Both the position numbers and the translations under genes were made by a program. Under the pieces are notes generated by a model, which was not told where the DNA came from, searched no databases, and was given only the letters and a program-made list of their open reading frames with translations. Below, piece after piece: positions 12,005 through 24,000 of a DNA stretch of 64,000 nt; the first letter of the stretch is position 1; every line of letters starts with the position of its first letter. Origin of the DNA: Acanthaster planci (lineage: Eukaryota); assembly GCF_001949145.1 (NCBI RefSeq), contig NW_019091355.1, forward strand, positions 5,667,068 through 5,731,067. The letters run 5' to 3'.

Positions 12005-15000
12005 TTAAAGTGGAATCTCGGGGGGTCGCACTGCCAACCATGCTGCAATCTTGGGGTTGGCTGCAATACGGCCCTTGAGGGCGTCCAGCTTGGGATGGTT
12101 CTCCAAGGAATTGGCGCCCTTTGACATATGATCGACGAGATCAACAGCGGTGAAGAAAAAGAGATCAGCAGCCGTGATCTAAAATAACAAAACGCATTAG
12201 TTTTTCAATAGATTACACGCAGAAAATTTAACAGGTGGTGTAAAATTTTACACTGCAATATGTTTTGTGAAATTAGTAGTGACCATATTTAATTAGCCTA
12301 TTTTTAATTAGTTTGTTCATTCTCGTGTGGGACCTGAACAAAACTTCCAAAGCTTCACAAAGAAACTTTAAAATTGAACCAAATAAATAAAGATGAGGCC
12401 TGCTCATCTTCCGAATCCCCAAGGAGTCAAAGGGGCCTTGTTTGATCATACCAGTGTTAGATTGGCGGCAACAGCAAAGAACCAATGCGCTTGATCAGAA
12501 AAAAAAAGATGAGTTATTGGGATATCACTCCAGAGACGTCACTGAAACAGCACTTCATGGCTCCAGAGACATGCCAAAATCGATTCGAGCCACAATGAAA
12601 AAATTCTAAAGTGCGTGCCTTGAAGGCGGTGATAACTCGATTGAGTCGATCCTGAGGTGGCCATTCCTTTCATCAAAGTCATAGAGGTAAACTAGCAATT
12701 TCAGAATCAGGAATTAAAGCCCTTAACTCACTCACTTCGGCACGTGTGGAAAGCCACAGGGACATGGTCCACCCATATCGTCGGTGCAGTACTTTCAAAG
12801 AGGTCAAAGGTCACGTGGTTGTGTGGAAAGAGTATTTGGTCTGTAAAAACTGGTGAGAGCGCCCCTCCAGGCTGCAGCAAAACGCAAGTTGATTCTCACC
12901 TCCGAGGGACTTGTATAATCTCTATTATACCACAGGAAAGCATGTGATCGATACTGTGTTTGAATGGTCTTCCGACGCATAAAAACTGATTCTGTTATTT
13001 ATTTTGTATGAGATAGTGTCTTGATAATTATGATGAAGATTGGTTAATAAAAAGTCAAATTTTCGGTTTGCGCACGGTACGCCCTGGCTCGAATCTCCCG
13101 CATAAGTGTACATATTTCGGCAGTATATAGGCATATCTTCCACATATTGCTGGTCATAACTGAACAGGTCAAAAGGTTTGTTTATAAACCAATTAATCGC
13201 CATAACTGCTTGACACACGCGTACATTTGCCAATCACGACTTCCTGTTGGTCGAAGAGGCATGTAACGCGCGCGTACCACCTGTCCACAAGCGTTGTGCC
13301 ACCGCAATAATGGCTTCTAATTCTGGTTGTGGAATTATACTACAGAGAATTGCGAAAAAAACGGATGTTCACCTTTGTCATTCGGACCTCTAATATGTAG
13401 TGACTATTCCTAGTCCTCGAACATACATTAAATAAAGTGGAGTTATCCTAAAATAATTTTCATTTGCACAGCGACTAGTTGAATGGACAACTCCAGGGGA
13501 TTCTTGATACATATTACGCAGAAAGAGCTGTTTAACAAACGTTAATGGATGCCCATTGCAGGCGACAAAGACGTCAGTGACTTCTGAAATCGGATCATAT
13601 TAACCCAGAGTCAAAAGGTAAAACCTAGAGCAGACTGCAGAAGAAGTAGGATATGGTTACGTTTCTTTGAGGTTAGGACACTTCTGATCGAGGTCCTTCT
13701 TGTCGTTCTCCTGTGACGACCAGGCGTCAGGTGTCCCTGTTTACAGCTAGACATTCCAAGCCTTGGACGGGTATATTGCAGGCCTTCGTCGAAGACTTTA
13801 GACTGTCTCTTTGCAATGGCTGGCTCCGAGGGATCGAGGCCAGGTGCTGGCAGAAGCATCTCCACTGTTTTTCGCAGATTGATGGTATTCGAGGTCATAC
13901 CATGCGGCTATACTGTGCGCGACAACGGCACAGTCATCTGCTAACAGGAAGTCTCTCCGATACTTTTGTCTTGGCCTTAAGACGCCTCCCATCAACATCC
14001 GTACTGGACGGTGATCCCTATGGGGGTCTTGAAAGTGTGGAGATCAGCATCCTGGCGAACCTGAGTCGAAGAGAGTAGGAGCCACAATGCAGCCCTGCCT
14101 GACACCTTTGGAGAATGAAGGACAGGTATTGATCTGTGTTCAATCACTTAGGCAATCATGACATCATGAAACGACTTGATGATGCTGACTTATTTTGGTG
14201 TGCTGCAAAGCTTGGAAGGGATGCGACGATCTCAAAGGCCAACTTGTCAGATCAAGAAAGGGGATGTAGAGGCTAAGCTGGTTCTGTTCCTGCTACTTTT
14301 CGTCTTCTCTAAGGCCATGTTCACTACACTATGGTTACTTTGGTATCCGCACAATCTCTCGGAGACCATATCATCCAGCAAGTGTATGCGATGCAGTTGA
14401 GGATGATGCAGGCTGTTACCCCCTTGGCATGCTCAGTAGTGAGATGCCTCGAAGATTGTCGCATACCGCCCTGCCCCATTTTTGGTGAATGTTGTTGGGA
14501 TCCCTGAAGTTCTTGGGGCTATAGCCCACCTCCTGGAACAGCTCAACAGTTCTGCCAGTTTGTGACGATGATTTCAGATCTTTCTTGAAAGATTTTAAAG
14601 GGTATTCATATCCATTGGGTCGTGGTGCTTTCCTGACTGAAGCTTTTTGATGGCTTTCTGGGCATTTCCAGACTAGAGAGATCATGAGGGCATGTTGTGA
14701 CCTGGTGCTGGGGCATGTCTTGAATTGCTCACTCTTTGGTCTGGTGAAGGCCTCTTCAGCAGCTAACTAATAATGATCAGACCATCGCCGTCAGATGTCC
14801 TCTTTTTTAAGTGACGTGTGTGCCGTCAGTAGAATGACCTGGTTTCATAATGGTCAGTTAGTCACAGGGCTAGGAATTGGTAGCTGCGCCTTGAACATGT
14901 GCTCGTCACTTCTGTGTGTTGCAACATGGCTGCCTTCGCCTATCACTATTGGTTCGTCACTGTTTACTGAGATCTGTCTGAACTTTGACTGTCGTTTCCA

Positions 15001-18000
15001 GAAGCATGTCGCTTCTGTATAAGGAGACTGAGGCTTATGGAGTTATTCTCATCGATCCTATACAATGTTTGTGCTTCCGTGATTGGTGACCCAAAATTAT
15101 TTTCCCTGAGCTACAGTCTGTTATAATTTTGCCTATTTTGTAAAACTTTGTGAATCTTATTTTGTTATATTGTTTTACTGACTACCGGCCGTAGTTTTAT
15201 CCATGGAAACCACAGCTGTGACGTAAAAATATCAGACCGTATAAACAGTGCCCGAGAAGCTGGCTTAAGCTTTTTCAGTGTTAGCATCGACTGGCAAGTT
15301 AACGAGCTGGTTACTTGGGCAGGTCACAAGGGCATCCCTTGTGTCCCGGGTCCACTAGCTGTCTAGCATATCTTCGTCTTTATTTACCAACCACGTCTGT
15401 GCTTGTGTGTGACGTGGAGAGAAAGCTCTCGCACTGTAGCCCTCTTTACTTTAGTGATGTACATATCCCGGATGTCACATTGCCTTGTGATCATAAAATC
15501 GATCAGATGTCGATGCTTGGACCTTCGACTTTTTTAGGTGAAAAAGGAGAGGAGCTGTTGATCAGCTGTTGGAGTTCTGTTCAATTCCACGATGTCCAAT
15601 GTGGTTCCAGCCCACGCGCGTGTTTTAAAGTCGCCAAGTAGCAAGATTTCATCTTAAGCTGGAACTGAACATTCTACCTTGTCAACCGCTGAAACAGTTC
15701 CTTTTGCCATGATCGGTGCGTGCGCACTGATGATCAACATGGGTGTCTTTCCTCTCAAGGGCAAGGTTGACCATCAACTGGTCTTGTGTGCCACTTCGAG
15801 GCCAATTCCCAGCAAGTTCTGTACAAATTGCAAAGCCAACACCTGCTCTAACAGTATACGTACATGCACGTGAACGTAATACACGGTTTGAGCATAGGCT
15901 GCTTGTTGAAGCCATTCTGGTTGTTACTAGCACCTCCACCATAACATAAAGTATAAATCTTAATTAGGTTAATGAATAGGGTGAAGTCGGGATAGATTGT
16001 TATGAATAGAAATATAAGGAATGTAAGCAATTTCAACAAATGATGATGCGTAGCTGTCCTGTGTTTGCAGCAGTAACAAGTTGCCTACTTACGAAATAAC
16101 CTCGTTGGCAAAGACCAGCGCGGAACACTCGAGGAAAAGTAAGTTAACGGGGACGTACTTAAACCCTTTCAGCCACAGAAGTGCCAGCTGGGCTCAAAGT
16201 GGCATGCGGTTTCTTTCCCAACGAGCCTTTGTGCCCCATGATTTCAATGCCACAACGTTATCAACGTTCCTCTTTGGAACACAGACCAAAATGCCACCAA
16301 CGGGAATGTACATGTAAATAGCGCGCGCTCACCTGTTTGACATCGTCTCGAGCGCTCTGATTGGACGAGATAGCTTGAGGGTGCGCCAGGCGCGTTCTTA
16401 CAAAAACCATAAGAGGCGAAATGGCCGGGGCTTCGGACATTGTCGACGACATTTTAGCAGATAGTGGCGCCGAAATATCCTCAGATGAAACTTCCTCCTT
16501 GTCCTCATCAGAAAAAGTGATGGTGAATTAGTGTCGACCTAATCCTTCACCACATTGAAGCCACCGGGCACCCCAAGCCGAACTTCAGGTAGACCTAACG
16601 CCTTAATTATCTTCGTACAGCATGTACTCAACCTTGCAACTAGACACCCTAGTCTGAGTCATTCATATCATTATCATTACAATGTATTGCATTTTGTAAC
16701 CACCAGTAGGCTTGCCGTATTTTTCCCGATGTCCCGAATGTGTCACGAATCCTAATTGCTAGTGAAGGAAAAGGAAGGATTCCAATCTTTATTTTTTAAA
16801 CCCTGAAATCTACTGTGCCGTATTAATGCAGAATAACATGGCATGGTTTCCCAGCAGAAATTAAAAGATCACCCTCAATTAACTAGCATATCGCGCAGAA
16901 AACATAACACGCCTTCTTTGGCAGAATGCCACTTTGAGAGTGAAAAAAGGTTTAGTTTATATACAGGCAGTGTGTGTGAATAGACATTTCAGCCAACCCA
17001 AATCAGGGAAGTCCCATCTATCACCTTTTCAACAAATAGCTGAATAAAACCTTCCCATTCTTGACATCCTACTTGACGATGTTGCCCTAATTCCTAGTTT
17101 TTTCTTGTACACTGCTTTGGTGTTTGGTGTAAAACACTTTGTAAATATTGTTCTTATTAGTCCTAATATTATTCTTCAATAATGCAGGACTGGATGGCAA
17201 GCAACCTCCACTTACAAAAAGCCACTACCTGTGAACTTCACGGAACCGACTGGGTGTAGCCAGAATTTCAGTCATCTGTCACCCCTACAGATATTTCAAC
17301 TCTTCTTCTGTGAAGCAATTTGGCAATTGCTGGTGAGGGAGACTACAGAATCCGCTAACTCTCAGTTCACTTCGATTCCGACGGACGTTCCTGAAATGAT
17401 GGCCTTTGTCGCACTGCTGCTCTCGGTGGGCATCAACAAAAGGCCTAGCTACACAATGTCCTGGTCCAGATGCGAAGTTCTTCGAAGTCCTTTGTATCCG
17501 TCGACAATGTCTCACAGCCGATTTATGGCACTCCTTCGATTTCTCCACCTTGCCGACAACACAGCAGACGACTCTCCCCGTGACAAACTGTCTAAAGTTC
17601 GTCCCCTACTTGACATAGTAGTTCCGTTGTTTCGTTGCATCTATAAGCCCGAACGAAACCTCTCACCGGGTAAGACTATGCCATAAAGTTTAATGGCCGA
17701 CTCTGTTCTAAACAGTACATACCACGCAAGTAGGCCAAGTATGGCTTGAAATGTTTTTCCTTGAACGAGTCTCAAACCGGTTACACACGTTACTGGAAGG
17801 TGTTTATTGGATCCAAGGCCCATCAGACCAAATCATCTCGCACTCTGTTGCGTACGCTGAAGACACCATCCACCCAACCTTACAGCAATACGCCAAGTTG
17901 TCGTCGACCTACTGAAAGGACTGGAAAACAAGGGACATGTTGTTTTCATGGACAATTGGTACATTAGCCCCGTTCTTGTGCACAAGTGTCCCAGCTAGGG

Positions 18001-21000
18001 TTTGGATCTCGTGGAACTGTGCGCTATACCACACAAGGCATTCCAGACAGTGCAAACCCTAAGAAGGTCCCCATGAACCGACATGATCTACCCCAGTTAT
18101 TCTTTATAAGCGGGGCAACTATGCGTTGTTTGGTAGGACGCCAAAAACGTGTAACAGTTCTGACTAATTATGGTTACTGCAAAAGTGACACGAAAGACAT
18201 TCGTTGCAAAAAAAGTTCCACCGGACGTCGTACAATCCAAAGACCTGCCGTCGTCAATGATGGGCGGAAGTGACTTAGCATCACCATGTGTCAGTACTAC
18301 ACGCATCATCATAGATCCCTGAAATGGTGGAAACGCGTTTTCTTTGCAATTCTTGACATCTGTTTGGTTAATGCTACCATCGTGTACAACAGCATCCCTA
18401 CAAAGCGTCTGCTCACTAGTTTGGATTTCCGGGTCCAGGTCACCGATGAACTATCCGCCTGCAGGACGAGCAACTCAACACCACATGCCCCTGAAACTGC
18501 ACTCCTTTAAGGTGGACATTATCCCAGAAGAAGTAGGCAAGGCCATAACAAAAATGTGTTGTTTTCGGTACGAAAACTCAACGTTTAACAGACTCGTATG
18601 ATTTGTAAGAATTGCCAGAAACCAATATGTCTAATGCCATGCCTTGAAACATTTCACAGTGTGTGTTAACATAGATTGAGGTAGTTTAGATTGTGTCCCC
18701 CTTTCGACCACCCCCTTTCCTCCCTCCAACCCCAATTCCTCCCTTCTCCCATCCCCCATTCCAAAGTTGCAGTGGATCGCCATGGGCACGCACCAGCCTT
18801 TAACGTAACTTAGGTGGTTTAGATTGTGCCGCCCCCCATCCAAGGTTTAATTCTCTGGAAACGGATAGAAATAGTGCAATTGCAAAAGGTACAACTAGGA
18901 TAATTATAGGCATCAAGGATATGCTGCCCTTTTATCCGATCAGTCTTGCAAAATTTGCACCCGACATAACCACGTATTTAATCAGCAGATTTGTAAATAA
19001 AAACACAACAAAGATGAAAGGCCTTCACTACCAGAAAGTGCACACTTTTCCTAATATGTCATGTGTACACTTCTAACATACATTGTATTAAAAGTTAATC
19101 TCATTTTCTTTTCTTTTTCTTTCAGTACATACAGAATTTGACACAGAGTCTCGTTCTGATGAGGTATACATGCCTGCACTTGGAACAATGGTCACAACAC
19201 AGAAATGTTTTGTGACTGTTCAATTGAATAGCTTATGACTTGAACCCAGCCTTGCTGGGCCTTGTGATGGTCTCGATATTGCTAGGAATTGTTATCTCCC
19301 AAACTTGTCACGTGAAATGGTCATGTTAGGAAACCGTGTTGGCAAAATACCCTAGTACAGGTTAGAGTTAGGCCCCATCATTCCAGTTTTTTATTCCTAT
19401 ACAACCTATTTATCATGAATGTTTCATAGTTAAAGTTAGGTTTTTCATTTTAGCCTCTATTCTGCAGAGGAATATATTATCTAAAACTTGCTGGTATGAT
19501 CAATTACCGTCTTGCCGACGAAGAAATCCCCTGCAACCTCAAGACCGAGCAATCGCTCCAAGGCTTGGTAGACTTTGGGCACTGTTTCTGCCAAGAACTT
19601 TTCCACCTTTTCTGCCTAAAGTTCACACAAAAAAATACTCATTACGCGTTTCAATCACAAGCAATAATTGCTTGTAACTAATAATAAGTTCCCCTTTTCA
19701 CTTAAACTCCAACAAATATTTGATACAGTGGTGAGAAAGAACCGTTGCGGGTTTCAAGTTATATTCCAACCTACCATCCGCCCAAATATTTATAAATAGT
19801 TAAAAATTTTAAAAACGGATAAGAAACGTTACAAAATGGGGGTTAATCCGCATGTACATGTAGTGTGTAAGGGACTGATGAAGGCCTTTATTACTCTGAG
19901 ACTAATGAACAGCACTTTATCTCTAATGCAATATGATGTCCAGATCCCCCCTCCCACACACTTTCAAATTTTCACGGCCAGGCAGTTTTAGTATGTGGCA
20001 TCCCAAACCTCCATCCTCTTCGCTGGCACAGATTTACGCAATTAACTGCTTAATCGCTCCAAGACAGTCTAGGTTTAGAACCTACCTTGCTTCCCAAAGG
20101 TGCAGTGAAAATGGCGTTAAATGGTGCCCAAATGTCTTCCACCATATCGATGGCCTGATCTATGAATGCAGTCTCTATGTTCGTCTTACCGTAAAGCCCT
20201 AAAACCAAACGACATAGGGGAAATTATGCTGAAACATACTGCAGCTCCAGTGTTCTTTAGATTCACGCCCTCGCAAAAACACCAAACCGTGGTTTGGTAG
20301 TTCTGACGTCAGCGTCTGCGTAACTGTGCCAAGCGCTATCGTGCCCAGAAATGAGCAAAATACAGTTGACTTCCATAAATTTAAACCCTTTTTCCCATGG
20401 TAATTACATTTCTTTCCATTCTTACATTAATTTTAACCAGTCCTCTTGTACCACAGGTTGCTGCACCTTTTTACTTTTGGTTGAATTTATACGATTTACT
20501 CATTATGTGAAAAAATTAATTGAATTGCTGCATAATGCGGTTTGGGCGTATAATGTTCTGAAATGACATTATCTAACTCGTATGGTGTCCCCCACTCTGT
20601 GCAGATATTAATAGATCGAGTGGAATCCAAACGGTTATATCAAAAGGCCTAGGTTCCTCTTCAGAGCACATTAAATGCCGAGGGCAGACAAAAAATAATT
20701 TGGTGTCGGCGTCGGTCGGCCGGCAGAGGGCGCCAACACGGAGGCAAGGCGAAGCTGAACAGTGGCAACCTTGTTCCCATGGAGATATATATATGCAATC
20801 ATACGTGTGAAGCCGAACCACGGTGGTTGTGTTTGTATTGCGCATGTCCAATGTGTATAACACTCGCGTGGCAGCCGTTTTTAAGGAAAATAAAGCCCGA
20901 ATGTTACAGGAGCCTAATTTACTCGTGAAGTTTTTATAGTTGGTTGAGCACTAGATGTCATGCATTGTGCATGGGAACCGCCGTTTGGCTTCATACGTGA

Positions 21001-24000
21001 TTGCATATATAGCTCTTCCCATGGGTGCGATCTTGACACGCCATGTTTGTTCCCGCAATGCCTTGCGCGAACTTAGCCTCTATAATTTCAACAAGCGGGA
21101 TGCCGCGCTTCGAGCGGCACCCGCTAGATGGGTTGAGGCATGGTTGAGCTGAGACGTCACTGTCATGTGCCAACAAAGTAAATGTAATAAGTACTATATT
21201 TTGCGATTACACCACAAAATCCGGATTTGGACAATTTTCACACTGATGATACTCAAATAAAGAGACCCAACTTCGCGTGTGGAGTGTCTCATTGAAATGT
21301 AGACAAATATAGCATTTTAGAAATAGGAAGCAGTATGACAGCAACTCATGCCTTCTTTTGGGATAGCTGTGCCAGGCTACTCAAGTTTGATGGGAGTAAA
21401 GTCTGCTGGTTCGACTCAGGATAGGGACGATGTATTGAGCTGAATATAAATAGAACCAACGTTTCGACACATTTGCGTCCACTCCCCCGTTTCAACAGTA
21501 AAAGCAGGACTCCGTGTACAAAACAAAACAAAACAAACACAAAAAAACAGGTTAAGTTAATTATTACATTTATTAGTTTCGAGTGGGTTATTTAATAAGA
21601 AAATGGTCTGTTAATTCGAGAAATGTCATTCTTGCATTAGAAATGTTTTTGACTAAATGCGTACCATACAGCATCACATTACCCTCCTGAAACGCAGCGC
21701 GCCGCCATTGCACTGCCGCACATTTTGTACACACACAATGGGCGATGACCTAATCAGTCTAATGAAGATCAATGGTTGCACTACACCAAATACGCGCCCA
21801 TAGAGAGCAGTGCAAAATCAGACCAAAATAGCGCCGCGTTTTTCGCTGGAAATTCAAGACTATGACAAGAAGATCGTTTCAATTTTATGGGGGTTGGCCA
21901 CGTGAATTTTATTTATTAACCTTTCCCCGAAGATACCCCCAAAGAGTAGTAAAACTAGTGCAAATTCGGGATTTCTAGAAATATTTCTATGATCCCTCCT
22001 GATTATGGCATGTTTTAATCGTAAAAGCCCCGAGGGATAATAAAATATTAATGAGCTCTCGCCCAGGAATCCAACAATTTGGTGCAGTACACCTATAGGC
22101 CTACAAGATTTGATCTTGGAAACTGAACTTAACTTTGTCTCTAAGGGCGCCCCCTATTTCTACCAGTAATAAGGCGACGGCGAGAGCACTGTGTGACGGC
22201 ACGACGCTACGCGACGGCAGGGCATCAGGACGCGACAGCACGACAGCAGGACGCGACGGCCTAACCCACACTGCATAAAAATCGCATAATGACAGGCGAC
22301 GCGACGGCACGATGCGATGGCAAGACGGCACGACGCAATGTATTAAACACAGCATGAAGGTTATGAAAAAAGAGGCAACGCCACGACGCGATGGGACGAC
22401 GCGACGGAGCCGTCGTGGCGTCGCTACTAGTTATAAAATTACAAAGGAAACAGTGTGATCAGTGCCGTGAAAGTGCATACTTGAGGAAGTCAAATGTAAA
22501 AAGAGTCAGCCTCTCGATATTACAAAGAGGATGAAAAAATGAAATGAAAAGTTGCAATATTTTGGGTCCATCCAATAGCCAATAGCACCAACAGCCCAGG
22601 TTGGACGTTGGCTCCATTTACACTACGACAGACGTCCAGGGTATAGAGACCTACATGCCAAAATTTTTTCACCTGTTATTTTCTCACATTTTTACCTAGT
22701 GGAGGAAGTTCAAATGTCGTTCACAAGTGTCTTGTGAAAGTGTTTAATAAAACCAAAATTGAGCTTTTCGGTCACAATGACCAGCCTATGTATATCCAAG
22801 GTGAAACATGGTATTGGGAAATGGGAATATTTTGTAGACAGTAGTCCAGGACCACCGTATGAGATGGTAGCACCGTGAAAGAAGACTGTTTAGAAGTTCT
22901 CCAAGGGAACCTGAAACAGTCATTTCGAAAGTTGAATCTCGGACGTCAATAGATCTTCCCAAAGGGCAACACCTCGAAGCACCCTTTTCTTCAAAAGTTG
23001 GTTGCTAGATTACTGCAGCAGAACATGGCTGATCTTTGGAATGGCCGACTGAAAGCCCAGATTTAAATCCAGTGGATAATTTGACGGAATTGTGACATAA
23101 TTAAAAAAAATGACTGAGCTTTACAAATACTGCAGGAAGAATGTGATAAAAGAGCATCGTAAAAAGCTACGCTGTGAAAGAACTGAGCAATTTTTTGCCC
23201 ACCGAGGGGTACCAAGTAAATCGCTTCACTGTTGGACAAAAAGAGAATAACATTAGATAAAAAAATGTCCATGTATCAGAAGAAACCAACGCTGTCACAG
23301 AAACATTCAATTTAAAATAGTATGGAAATGAAAGATGATGACTATTGTTGAGAAAACAGGTATGTCAACTGTACTGTGTTGAAGTGTATGTAAACTTTTG
23401 GGCATGACTTTATTTCTTTTAACCAGAACGGTATGTTTATTTGCTTTTGATTTTAAACTTACATTTCTTGGTCTGTTTAAGACAGACATGTTTNNNNNNN
23501 NNNNNNNNNNNNNNNNNNNNNNNNNNNNNNNNNNNNNNNNNNNNNNNNNNNNNNNNNNNNNNNNNNNNNNNNNNNNNNNNNNNNNNNNNNNNNNNNNNNN
23601 NNNNNNNNNNNNNNNNNNNNNNNNNNNNNNNNNNNNNNNNNNNNNNNNNNNNNNNNNNNNNNNNNNNNNNNNNNNNNNNNNNNNNNNNNNNNNNNNNNNN
23701 NNNNNNNNNNNNNNNNNNNNNNNNNNNNNNNNNNNNNNNNNNNNNNNNNNNNNNNNNNNNNNNNNNNNNNNNNNNNNNNNNNNNNNNNNNNNNNNNNNNN
23801 NNNNNNNNNNNNNNNNNNNNNNNNNNNNNNNNNNNNNNNNNNNNNNNNNNNNNNNNNNNNNNNNNNNNNNNNNNNNNNNNNNNNNNNNNNNNNNNNNNNN
23901 NNNNNNNNNNNNNNNNNNNNNNNNNNNNNNNNNNNNNNNNNNNNNNNNNNNNNNNNNNNNNNNNNNNNNNNNNNNNNNNNNNNNNNNNNNNNNNNNNNNN

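Noticed and set aside
17231..18510. Domesticated PGBD gene
   Set aside because: Multiple frameshifts and stops and loss of the first catalytic Asp.
21340..21430. tRNA gene (GGTTCGACTC B-box)
   Set aside because: No cloverleaf or acceptor stem can be built; at most a SINE remnant. Same for B-box-like sites near 10820 and 40275-40328.
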